Origin: a virus
Reading direction: 5' to 3' (one strand)
Length of the DNA: 64,000 nt
IMG/VR virus record: IMGVR_UViG_3300043567_001187
Location: 30,486 to 94,485 of that record
Part shown: positions 30,143-39,581 of the stretch, one piece after another
Position numbering within the stretch: position 1 is the first letter of the stretch
How the letters are laid out: each line of letters starts with the position of its first letter
Made by a program: the position numbers and the translations under genes
The notes under the pieces: generated by a model
What the model saw: only the letters and a program-made list of their open reading frames with translations
Told to the model about the DNA's origin: nothing
Databases searched by the model: none

Positions 30143-31220
30143 AGCTATGATTCTTTATTAGAGTATTAAGTATAATTTGTGCTGTTTGATCCCAAGAATA
30201 TTTTTTAGCCGTAATTAATCCTTCAGGATTAGAGTCTATATTATTAGTATACACAGTTCTCATATATTCTATTGACTGTTCTAGTGCATTATGGTCTAAT
30301 TTCGCCCAATTACCCTGACCATGAAACCATTTACCATCATTAGCCGGTTCAGTTTCATTAATATTTACTAAAAAACTATTTTTACTGTTACAATACTCTG
30401 TGTGAGCAGAATAGTTCGTGGTGATAATTGGCTTATTTAATGCCATGCTTTCTATGATCTCATTATTCCACCCTTCCGCCCTGCTTAGAAATACGCCACA
30501 ATCACAAGAGTCTATAAATTCTGCCACATGATACTGTGTTGGTAATCTATCATAAATTTTTATTTTATCTTTGAGCGGTGATTGAGATACTATATTAAGC
30601 CAATAGTTTGTTTCATTTTCTGAAAGAAAGGGGTTGTGTGGTAGCAACCATAGTTCTACTTTATCATTAATATCAAAAGCTTTACTAAATGCATGTATTA
30701 AAAAATCCTGAGACTTTCTGTGTTCCCATTTTCCTATATGAAAAAATATATAATTTTCTTTAGCAAATCTTATTTTATTTTTTAGTTGAAAAATGTCTAA
30801 GTCTACTCCTAAAGGAGCAACATATATTGGTTTGATTATTTGGTTGTTAATTAAAACTTGTCTAGCCCATTCAGAAGCCACAAAAATATAATCACTATAA
30901 TTTAGGTGGTGAACTTCACGAGGAGTTAATTTATCAATTTCGAAAAAGGGAAATGTATAATAATGCCCATTACCAATTTTAGACGCTAAATCGTGTTGGT
31001 GCCATATTTTTAAACAGGGGGCATCATAATTAAAATCATTAATTTTTAACATTAAAGATTTAATAAGATCAACATCGTTTTGAGAATTTACTTCTATATT
31101 AGTGCCAATAGGAAATAGGGCTGTTTGTACACCGGCCTTATGAATAGCCTTGACTATATTGGTAGAGGTTATACCATATCCAGTACTGTTAATAGGACAA
31201 TTAATATTTATTGATTTCAT
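30114..31220 (-). CDS. GT4 glycosyltransferase
   Basis: STGYG, GKWEHRK, SRAEGWNNEIIESMA. Confidence 0.88.
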   Translation of the reverse strand: MKSININCPINSTGYGITSTNIVKAIHKAGVQTALFPIGTNIEVNSQNDVDLIKSLMLKINDFNYDAPCLKIWHQHDLASKIGNGHYYTFPFFEIDKLTPREVHHLNYSDYIFVASEWARQVLINNQIIKPIYVAPLGVDLDIFQLKNKIRFAKENYIFFHIGKWEHRKSQDFLIHAFSKAFDINDKVELWLLPHNPFLSENETNYWLNIVSQSPLKDKIKIYDRLPTQYHVAEFIDSCDCGVFLSRAEGWNNEIIESMALNKPIITTNYSAHTEYCNSKNSFLVNINETEPANDGKWFHGQGNWAKLDHNALEQSIEYMRTVYTNNIDSNPEGLITAKKYSWDQTAQIILNTLIKNHSYANSKTKRR

Positions 31221-31224
31221 TAAA

Positions 31225-32349
31225 CTATACTCCTAGTATTGGATTAGTGTTTTTATGTATACTATTTACTCTACAAAATTTGGCACATCTAGACATATGT
31301 TTTAAAGAATCTGCTCCTATATAACAGCAGCAAGATCTTATGCCCCCTAGTAGCTCTTGAGCTACGTTATCAAGAGATCCTTTATATTTTACTGTTATTT
31401 TAGTTCCTTCACTAGCTCTATAATTTTTAATATGATCCTCATATTTTTCTTGTGCATAGTGGGTGCTCATGCCGTAGTATGAGAATTTAATTTTTCTTTT
31501 TTCTGTATCATATCCTGGATTGTTTGGTTGCCAAAAAGCTCCATGATTTGCTAGATACTCATATGTCCATTCTCCATCAGATTCTTCAGAACCAGCAAAA
31601 TATCCTCCCAACATTACAAAATCGCTTCCAGCGCATAATCCCTTGCAAACATCCCCAACTGTTTTATGTCCACCATCAGACACTATCAAACCGAGTTTCT
31701 TGGGTCCGTTTTGAAGACCGTGAGCAATATATGAGTTTTCTAAACAAGCCGACAACTGTGGAAAGCCACAACCAGTAAGAAAGCGAGTCGTACAGGCGCT
31801 TCCTCCACCAATTCCAATTTTGGCCAAATCTACTCCACCATAAATCAATAATTCTTGAGTAGACGAGGTATTGGTTACGTTTCCAGCTACAATTATCGAC
31901 TCTGGAAAATTTTCTCTCACCTTCTTACAATACTTTACAAAAACATCCATATGACCATTAGGAACATCAATACAAATATTGGGCTGTTTTCCAAGTTTAT
32001 TTTTTAGCTCTAATAAATGGCTTAAGTCACTTTTCTTATATCCTATAGATACAAATGTATAGTCTATATTTTCTGGATAGTCTGTGAAATAGTTGTATAA
32101 ATCTTCAACCCTATGATACTTATGGAGACATGCTATCATTTTATGTTTTGCTAAAGATTTAGCAATCTCAAATGAGCAAAAACTCATATTAGCACACATT
32201 ATAGGAATACCATTCCAAACTCTAGGACTATGATAAAAATAGAAAGTTCTTTCTAGTTTAATCTCTGATCGACTAGTAAGAGTTGACCTTTGTGGTTCTA
32301 TTAATACGTCATCAAAATCTAGTTTAGTTTCATTGCTTATTGTTTGCAT
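31225..32349 (-). CDS. guaC: GMP reductase
   Basis: KLDFDDVLI.P.RSTL.SR, IDVPNG, KIGIGGGSACTTR, YRASEG. Confidence 0.88.
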   Translation of the reverse strand: MQTISNETKLDFDDVLIEPQRSTLTSRSEIKLERTFYFYHSPRVWNGIPIMCANMSFCSFEIAKSLAKHKMIACLHKYHRVEDLYNYFTDYPENIDYTFVSIGYKKSDLSHLLELKNKLGKQPNICIDVPNGHMDVFVKYCKKVRENFPESIIVAGNVTNTSSTQELLIYGGVDLAKIGIGGGSACTTRFLTGCGFPQLSACLENSYIAHGLQNGPKKLGLIVSDGGHKTVGDVCKGLCAGSDFVMLGGYFAGSEESDGEWTYEYLANHGAFWQPNNPGYDTEKRKIKFSYYGMSTHYAQEKYEDHIKNYRASEGTKITVKYKGSLDNVAQELLGGIRSCCCYIGADSLKHMSRCAKFCRVNSIHKNTNPILGV

Positions 32350-32351
32350 GA

Positions 32352-32885
32352 TTAGATATCAAAAAATCTCCAGCGGTTGTGGTGTTCTATGCTGTTATAG
32401 CCATCAATATATTGTAGATAGTTTTTTAGTTCATCCCAAGAAGAAAAAATCATCTGGTGTGGTATTGTACCAAACAACCAGTCTGGAGCATTTTGTTTGC
32501 CCTGTTCCATATGTACAACCACGGGCTTTTTAGACCTATTGGCTAAAAATATTTCTTCGTATGTACCACACGGATGCACATCTAAATCTAGATTGACTAT
32601 TAAAAAATCGCTAATATCTACTAGTCTTAAATCCACTCCTCGTATAGTTTTCATTACGGAGGATAGTGCATCATAATTTTGATCGTATTTTAGTTTAGTC
32701 TTATACTCGTGTGTTTCAGCATCTTCTTTACCAAGTTTTGTTGGTTTTTTAATTGGATTAAAGACAACAACACCTAAACTTTCTAAAAAAGGTGTTATAT
32801 TATCTCTCCACCCATTACCTCTATCTATTACCCTGTCCATCGCACCCGCTAAATACACTCTCTGATTTTTTAATCTATTCATCAA
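32352..32885 (-). CDS. nucleoside 2-deoxyribosyltransferase/nucleotide N-hydrolase-like protein
   Basis: VYLAG, VFNP, DLRLVDISD, GTYEE. Confidence 0.78.
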   Translation of the reverse strand: MMNRLKNQRVYLAGAMDRVIDRGNGWRDNITPFLESLGVVVFNPIKKPTKLGKEDAETHEYKTKLKYDQNYDALSSVMKTIRGVDLRLVDISDFLIVNLDLDVHPCGTYEEIFLANRSKKPVVVHMEQGKQNAPDWLFGTIPHQMIFSSWDELKNYLQYIDGYNSIEHHNRWRFFDI

Positions 32886-33022
32886 TATTTATCCATAAAT
32901 AAAAAAGTAAATAAATTATTAGAAGGTTTCACTCCGACAGCACGACCACTTCTAACAAAATTTATTTGTTGAAGACCATGTATCACTCCCACAATAATAC
33001 ATACCATAAAAACATATTTCAT
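32882..33022 (-). CDS. small membrane protein (46 aa)
   Basis: Hand-translated MKYVFMVCIIVGVIHGL...; TGATG overlap. Confidence 0.45.
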   Translation of the reverse strand: MKYVFMVCIIVGVIHGLQQINFVRSGRAVGVKPSNNLFTFLFMDKY

Positions 33023-33069
33023 TATATTAATTATACCTTTCCGATGTCAGCATACCACTCACTGTCTTT

Positions 33070-33097
33070 AGTATAGCGACCAGACGAGGTATTTCAA
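33070..33097 (-). promoter_or_regulatory. sigma70-type promoter
   Basis: TTGAAA-16-TATACT. Confidence 0.6.
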
Positions 33098-33111
33098 ACA
33101 ATATTTTTTGT

Positions 33112-34215
33112 TCAATGGCTATAATATATATTTTTAACAGTATTTATAGGAAATATTTTATTATTAACCATATTTGTTATATCTTTTATAAGAATATTCT
33201 CTGTATTTTTATACAGCTCACACAGATAATCGAACTGATCCTGTGCTTCATTTACAGACTCTATTGCCATACGAATTTGATCTGGTGAATTACCATATGC
33301 TATACCAGCATCATAACAAAAACCGTCTGGATGACACAATATACGAGATCTGAAGTATTCTTTTTTTGTTAAATTGTTCAAAGGATGAAGAACAGTGACG
33401 CAACCACATAAAGGGGCCATAATAGAAAAAAAGGTATTAGGATCATAGCAGTAAAATAATTTAGATCTATTAAAAACATCAACAGCTTCTGCAACAGATA
33501 CTTTGTCAAGATTGGTGTCTTGTGTGGTATGGTAATATTGAATTTCTGTTTGATTTAGTGTTTGTGGAATCCATTGCATTTTTTTAAAAGCATAACAATT
33601 AATATTTCGTTCTTGTTGTTGATAATTTTTGATTATTGGATTAATCCAAATATTAACTAATTGTTTTGTGTTTTTAAGAAAAGATGGCTCCCAGTGATAA
33701 ACAATATCGTCTTTATTCCAGTTTATATAATGATCATGAGAAACTTCTAATCCCAGATCTAGTAAAATCCATCTTATAACGTACTTAGCATTTAAGGGGT
33801 TACCCGTGATAGTCTCAGGATATATAACAACAGTGTTATCGTCCATCCAAAAGGGATTAAAAAAATTATTACAAAAATTATTAGGATACTCTTTATGATC
33901 ATAAGCGTATATTAATCCAATTATATTATCATTTATATTGTTAATTTTTTGTATTAAACTATACAATACCATTATTCCTCCACAAAGATCATTAAGTGGT
34001 GGAGTATAAATTACAATCTTAATTTTGTTGTAGTAACTTTGGTCTATTTTTATAGGATTATCGTTGAAGTTATGCTGATGATATTGTTTATAAAGATTTA
34101 TAAGAGTTTGATGGCTTTGATTTCTCAAAAAACTTACATTATAATTATGTTCTCTATTCATAGTTAATGAATCATTATTAATAAGATGAATGAAGCTACA
34201 ATTGTAATTATTCAT
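33112..34215 (-). CDS. glycosyltransferase-like protein (WavQ-like)
   Basis: GGIMVLY, VVIYPETITGNPLNAKYVIRWIL, YCYD..T. Confidence 0.6.
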   Translation of the reverse strand: MNNYNCSFIHLINNDSLTMNREHNYNVSFLRNQSHQTLINLYKQYHQHNFNDNPIKIDQSYYNKIKIVIYTPPLNDLCGGIMVLYSLIQKINNINDNIIGLIYAYDHKEYPNNFCNNFFNPFWMDDNTVVIYPETITGNPLNAKYVIRWILLDLGLEVSHDHYINWNKDDIVYHWEPSFLKNTKQLVNIWINPIIKNYQQQERNINCYAFKKMQWIPQTLNQTEIQYYHTTQDTNLDKVSVAEAVDVFNRSKLFYCYDPNTFFSIMAPLCGCVTVLHPLNNLTKKEYFRSRILCHPDGFCYDAGIAYGNSPDQIRMAIESVNEAQDQFDYLCELYKNTENILIKDITNMVNNKIFPINTVKNIYYSH

Positions 34216-35111
34216 AATATATCTAAAGCTAACCAAGTATTAGGGTACCACTTAAAATTTAGCAGTTTAGCTAAAGAAGAATTTTTCATTGGATTAATAA
34301 AATATGTTGAACAAATTATTTGTTTATTCGCTTTTTTATTTAACATAGCCGCCCAGTAACCAAAGCTACTATTAGCACATATTATATGATCACATAATGA
34401 CATAGTGCATAATCCAACAGCGCTTTGCATAGCAGAGGTATATTCTATGTCAAAATTTTCTTCTAATGCTTTAAAAAATACCTTACTTTGTTCAATATTA
34501 TCACTAAAAATTAAATATTTTGTATTATTTTTATCAAAACGATTCATACTTTCTTTATAAAACTTTAGAGATAAGCTTGCGTGTGGGTGACGACAAAAAC
34601 TTTCATTATATTCATTTCTAAAACAAACACCAACTATACTTTTTTGGGTTTGTGGTAAAATTTGTTGGCATTGATCAATTAGATTTTTATTAAATTGATA
34701 TAAATCATTAATAATATCATTTAAATATTTTTTATATAGATCTTGAGTTAAATTCCACGTTAAGCATATATTATCATTAATATTTTGTAAACTATTTATA
34801 ATCTTGTTATAATCAGAAGTTAAGCACCGAATTTTCTGCCAGCGGGTGAGAGATAGTTGGTCTTTATCCATCGTACAAAATATTTTATTTAGATTTGGAA
34901 AAGTGCTTAGATGATTATAGATAAATTCTTTACTACTAATAAAGCTATGATTAAAATAGTCCAAAGTAGTTTGTATTTGTTTTGGTGGTGTTAATATGGT
35001 TGGAATAAAACCACAGTCTCTATATATACAATACATAGAAGCATAATGGCTCATTAAAGTACCAAATCCTTCAGTAACAAAAAAAGAAGGATCAATAGTT
35101 ATGTGTTTCAT
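34212..35111 (-). CDS. GT11 (alpha-1,2-fucosyltransferase-like) glycosyltransferase
   Basis: GFGTLM, LIFSDN, CDHIICANSSFGYWAA. Confidence 0.78.
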   Translation of the reverse strand: MKHITIDPSFFVTEGFGTLMSHYASMYCIYRDCGFIPTILTPPKQIQTTLDYFNHSFISSKEFIYNHLSTFPNLNKIFCTMDKDQLSLTRWQKIRCLTSDYNKIINSLQNINDNICLTWNLTQDLYKKYLNDIINDLYQFNKNLIDQCQQILPQTQKSIVGVCFRNEYNESFCRHPHASLSLKFYKESMNRFDKNNTKYLIFSDNIEQSKVFFKALEENFDIEYTSAMQSAVGLCTMSLCDHIICANSSFGYWAAMLNKKANKQIICSTYFINPMKNSSLAKLLNFKWYPNTWLALDIL

Positions 35112-36250
35112 GTTCTATAAAAATTTTTTATAGTATCACATACATAGTCTACATCTTCTATAGACATTCCATGATGTGCGCCAAGTAAAAATCCATTTTT
35201 CATTATGGTATCAGCATTAATAAATGGCTTTAAATACTGTCTATATATAGGATGTCTGGTAACATTACCGGCAAAAGTTACACGAGTCTGAACACCATTT
35301 GATTCTAGGTAGTTAAGCAGGTCAAGTCTGTTATCGGCCTGTAGCGGTATGGCTAACCAATTAGGTTTTATGCTGTCATCTGGTAATAAAACTTGTTCAC
35401 AATCCAATAAATTAGCTATATATCTTTCTATATTATCTCTACGTATTTTAGCAAAAACTTCAAATTTTTTAAGTTGAACTAATCCGAATGCAGCATTCAT
35501 TTCACTACTTTTCATATTGTATCCTAAGAAACCATATAAAAATTTATGATCATATGGAATACCATCAACACTGTGGTTGAATCTATCACTCATTATTTCA
35601 GAATTATCTCCCAATCTACCCCAATCTCTAATATTTAAACAGGTATCTCGTAATTTACTATCATTAAACATTACCATTCCGCCAGACCCACCAGCGGTAA
35701 TAACATGACTAGCATAAAAACTAGTTGTGCTAATATCACTTTCTAGAGTATGAGTAATCGTATCAGCAGAATCTTCTATCAGCACAATATCGTCTCTACC
35801 CATATCAATAAGTGCCTGTTTTAATAGTCTCCACTCTGGCTTATTTCCAATTAAGTTTGGCAACATAATTACCTTAATAGAATCATCTACTAGGTCTAGC
35901 ACCTGTATCAACGATGGTACATATGATGTTAATTCCACATCGCAAAAAACAGGTTCTAGGCCAAGTTGGACTATTGGTGCCAAAGTAGTGGAAAAAGTAC
36001 AAGCAGGAGTTATAACTCGACTACCTTTTGGCAGTTGTAAACTAGCTAATGCTAACAAACACGCGGACGATCCAGAATTAACAAATACTCCGTATTTTTT
36101 ACCGAATGTTTCTGATATCTTTTCTTCAAATTCTACGCTTCTTGGTCCAAATCCAGCCAACCAACCATCTTGTAAGCATTGTGTTACAGCATCTATTTCT
36201 TCCTGTCCGTAAGATTCAAACTTGTTGGGCGCGTACCATATTTTTTTCAT
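35108..36250 (-). CDS. PLP/PMP-dependent NDP-4-keto-6-deoxyhexose 3-dehydratase (RfbH/ColD-like)
   Basis: DegT fold with His in place of catalytic Lys (SFYASHVIT), RDWGR, YDHKF. Confidence 0.8.
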   Translation of the reverse strand: MKKIWYAPNKFESYGQEEIDAVTQCLQDGWLAGFGPRSVEFEEKISETFGKKYGVFVNSGSSACLLALASLQLPKGSRVITPACTFSTTLAPIVQLGLEPVFCDVELTSYVPSLIQVLDLVDDSIKVIMLPNLIGNKPEWRLLKQALIDMGRDDIVLIEDSADTITHTLESDISTTSFYASHVITAGGSGGMVMFNDSKLRDTCLNIRDWGRLGDNSEIMSDRFNHSVDGIPYDHKFLYGFLGYNMKSSEMNAAFGLVQLKKFEVFAKIRRDNIERYIANLLDCEQVLLPDDSIKPNWLAIPLQADNRLDLLNYLESNGVQTRVTFAGNVTRHPIYRQYLKPFINADTIMKNGFLLGAHHGMSIEDVDYVCDTIKNFYRT

Positions 36251-37025
36251 AATTATTTACCATTATATTAAATGTGTTATTTATACCTGTTGTTAAACCT
36301 ATAAAATTGATACCAATATCTATAAAATTGCCTATATATTCATTATCCATTTCTGATGAACAAAATTTAATGTTACTTTTTTTATGGTGGTCGAGTTCGT
36401 TTATCAGTTGAGTAATATTTGATAGTTTGTACTTATTATTATAAACACAGTCTATAGTCTTTGGCAATCCACTATTTATTAGATATGCTTCAATGATCGA
36501 TAAAAGATCTGGCATGTAAATAAAATCCATGAATTTATCTTTATGTATGATGAGATTCTCGCCAATTATATATCTTAAAATATTAGACTTAATGAATCTT
36601 CTTTCATTTTCATTATGGTCAAATACAGCATAAATTCTTAAGTTATAAAAATTTTCAAATGTATGAATAATAGAGTTAATATATCTTTTACTAGAGCCAT
36701 AAGGAGAATTGGGGCTGAATATCTCTGCTCCAGAACCAAATGTTATTAATTTATTAAAATGGTTTTTATTGTTTAATAAATTTTTAAACATCAGTATATT
36801 TTTATTATATATATTCATATCCTCTTGTAATAGTCTATTTCCTCCAACAATTGCTGTATGAATAATAACATCAAAATATTTATCTTTAAACCAAGAGCTT
36901 AATGATGAGCTATCTGTTAAATCTAGTGTTTGCCTATTAATTTGTGTTATATTATATATATTTTTAAATTTATGAAAAATAGCCTGAGCTATATATCCAT
37001 TAGATCCTGTAATTAATATATTCAT
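36216..37025 (-). CDS. NAD-dependent epimerase/reductase
   Basis: ITGSNGYIA, FGSGAE, YGSSK. Confidence 0.85.
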   Translation of the reverse strand: MNILITGSNGYIAQAIFHKFKNIYNITQINRQTLDLTDSSSLSSWFKDKYFDVIIHTAIVGGNRLLQEDMNIYNKNILMFKNLLNNKNHFNKLITFGSGAEIFSPNSPYGSSKRYINSIIHTFENFYNLRIYAVFDHNENERRFIKSNILRYIIGENLIIHKDKFMDFIYMPDLLSIIEAYLINSGLPKTIDCVYNNKYKLSNITQLINELDHHKKSNIKFCSSEMDNEYIGNFIDIGINFIGLTTGINNTFNIMVNNYEKNMVRAQQV

Positions 37026-37029
37026 TATG

Positions 37030-37947
37030 TTATTTTTCTGTAATAAATTTTGATAACCCAATCAATGTTTCATCTATATTTTTTGAAATAAGCTGTACAT
37101 TACTATTGGGATACCTGTAAGAAAAATATTTTTCAATGATTGGTAATTTTTTAGGAATGCCTCCTGATAATAATATATTACTATTATTTGGAGAGATTAA
37201 TAAAGACTCATATTGTATTAAATAATTTTTAATTATAGATCCTATAAAATTTTTAATAGTAAAATTTGTTTCATTTATTTTTGATACGGATCCACCATCA
37301 GTATATTTATCAGACTGAGGAAAACAATTAAGATCTATATCCAGATCTGATCTAATTATATCTTGTAAAGATAATCTATTTATATAAGAAAAAAAATCAA
37401 TGTTTATTTGATTAAAAAATTTAGAAAAAACATTTAATGATCTTCCACTTGGTATATATGAATGAATATGTAATTCATTGTATTCATCTTTATAGACTAC
37501 TTGGGATCCTGTTCCCATATTTATAAGTATATTTTTATTTGGTAATAATTCAGCTGATTTTATAACACATTGAGTATCGATAAACGGAGTAATGACATTT
37601 ATATTTAAAATTTTACCTATAATATTATTATTTATAGGATCAACAAAGATATCTTTGATAATACATGACTCTTTATTTTTAACTCCTTCTATATTAGAGC
37701 ATTTCCAAGAATAATATACATCATCTATATATTTACCACCTAATATAGAACATATTGCTATGCTATCAATATTATCATATTGACTAATGATATTTTCAAG
37801 ATGTTTTATGATAGTTTGTTTTTGAATTTGATTGCATGTTTTTAATGGGGATTCTATAACTAAGTATTTAGAAAAATTATTATTTTCTGTTTTATATAGA
37901 GTTGATTTTATGTACGATGCACCAAAATCAATTAATAAATATTTCAT
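37030..37947 (-). CDS. FGGY/sedoheptulokinase-like sugar kinase
   Basis: LIDFGASYIK, DTQC, INMGTGSQV, LSGGIPKK. Confidence 0.65.
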   Translation of the reverse strand: MKYLLIDFGASYIKSTLYKTENNNFSKYLVIESPLKTCNQIQKQTIIKHLENIISQYDNIDSIAICSILGGKYIDDVYYSWKCSNIEGVKNKESCIIKDIFVDPINNNIIGKILNINVITPFIDTQCVIKSAELLPNKNILINMGTGSQVVYKDEYNELHIHSYIPSGRSLNVFSKFFNQINIDFFSYINRLSLQDIIRSDLDIDLNCFPQSDKYTDGGSVSKINETNFTIKNFIGSIIKNYLIQYESLLISPNNSNILLSGGIPKKLPIIEKYFSYRYPNSNVQLISKNIDETLIGLSKFITEK

Positions 37948-38950
37948 AAATTTTTTTCATTAATTTATCATCTAATATAGTAGGAACAAATTTTGTTATT
38001 CCTGGACTTTCAACTACAATCAGAGATATGGTGTTTAATTGCATTTTTTTATCGTGTTTAAGATAATTCATTACTAAATCTGGATTTATATTTTTAATTT
38101 TTTCTAATGAAGTAAATTTATTAACTATTGATGTTATTTGTTCAGATTTACCGAACAATTGATTTATTATCTCTATGCCTAATATAACTGCTTCTCCATG
38201 AGGTATAGCATAGTTTGATGCAGACTCTATTGCATGTCCGAAAGAATGTCCATAATTTAAAGACTTTCTAATATTTTTTTCAAATTCATCATATTCTACT
38301 ATAGTCTTCTTGATTATTAAACTATGGAAAATTTTCTCTTTTAACGATATATTATCTAATAATGATATATACGGCTCTCCAGCGATAATAAAAAATTTCA
38401 CCACTTCTCCCATTCCGCTCAAAATTTCTTTCTGTGTTAATGACTGTAAAAAATTTGTATCAATGATAACAGATCTTGGTGCTGAGAACAAAGCCAGTTG
38501 ATTTTTCATCTGATTAAAATTTAGTGCTGTTTTACCACCTATACAACTATCACATTGAGATAAAAGTGTAGTTGGAACATATATCCAATTAATACCTCTT
38601 TTATACATACTTCCAACAAATGCTCCAATATCTTGTGTTATTCCTCCTCCAATTACATATAAAATATTACCTTTATTAAAATTTTTATTAGATAACCATT
38701 CACAAATTTTTAATACAGTTTCTATACTTTTATTATTTTCTGTAGCATCTATTGGCATCATATTATGATGTGATATATTGTATATTTTTTGTATATTTTT
38801 ATCTATAATTAAAAAATCATTATCTTTAAAATTAGGAATAAAATCCATGAATTTAACAGTATAATTATATGGATTAGAAGATATATTTATATTTGTTAGT
38901 AACTCTTCACTACAATTAAACTCTATGCTATCTATAATAAATTTATTCAT
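37928..38950 (-). CDS. 3-dehydroquinate synthase-like sugar-phosphate cyclase
   Basis: GGGITQD, RGI..PTTLLSQCDSCIGGK, KNQL, LNYGHSFGHAIE, HGEAV. Confidence 0.88.
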   Translation of the reverse strand: MNKFIIDSIEFNCSEELLTNINISSNPYNYTVKFMDFIPNFKDNDFLIIDKNIQKIYNISHHNMMPIDATENNKSIETVLKICEWLSNKNFNKGNILYVIGGGITQDIGAFVGSMYKRGINWIYVPTTLLSQCDSCIGGKTALNFNQMKNQLALFSAPRSVIIDTNFLQSLTQKEILSGMGEVVKFFIIAGEPYISLLDNISLKEKIFHSLIIKKTIVEYDEFEKNIRKSLNYGHSFGHAIESASNYAIPHGEAVILGIEIINQLFGKSEQITSIVNKFTSLEKIKNINPDLVMNYLKHDKKMQLNTISLIVVESPGITKFVPTILDDKLMKKIYEIFIN

Positions 38951-38951
38951 T

Positions 38952-39578
38952 TTATATTCCTAATAAACTATATCCACCATCAATGATAATGTTTTGACCA
39001 GTCATATTTCTATTTCTTAGCATAAAAATGCACATATCTGCTATGTCGGATGGTTCTGTCATGCCTAATGGTATTGATTGATTTAAAAAATCTAATCTTT
39101 CTATACTATTATTTTTTTTAGTTAAATTAGTTAATACAAATCCTGGTGAAATCATATTTACTTTAATTTTATTGACTGACATTTCAATGGCTAGAGTTTT
39201 TACCGCTCCATACATGGCGTGTTTTGACATAGCGTATGCTAACCTTCCAACCCTTGACTCTGTAGCATAAATAGAGCCTATTGCAATTATATTTGCTTCT
39301 GTATTAAATTTAATATTTTTACATAGCTCTACAAAGGATAGGGCATTAATTTTAAATATATTTTGTAAATCTATTTCTGTATATTCATGGTATGGTTTTG
39401 GATCATTTACTCCAGCACAATATATTAATCCATCAATATTTTCATTAGTATATTTTATGTTTTTTGAAAGATCGCAATCGTTTCTAGATATTTCTATTGT
39501 GTCTATATTTGTACTTTTGCATTTATGAGCTATAGACGATCCTATTCCGCCAGTAGATCCAGTTAATACTACTCTCAT
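38952..39578 (-). CDS. short-chain dehydrogenase/reductase
   Basis: TGSTGGIG, YAMSK, VNMISPG, GQNIIIDGG. Confidence 0.9.
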   Translation of the reverse strand: MRVVLTGSTGGIGSSIAHKCKSTNIDTIEISRNDCDLSKNIKYTNENIDGLIYCAGVNDPKPYHEYTEIDLQNIFKINALSFVELCKNIKFNTEANIIAIGSIYATESRVGRLAYAMSKHAMYGAVKTLAIEMSVNKIKVNMISPGFVLTNLTKKNNSIERLDFLNQSIPLGMTEPSDIADMCIFMLRNRNMTGQNIIIDGGYSLLGI

Positions 39579-39581
39579 AAC

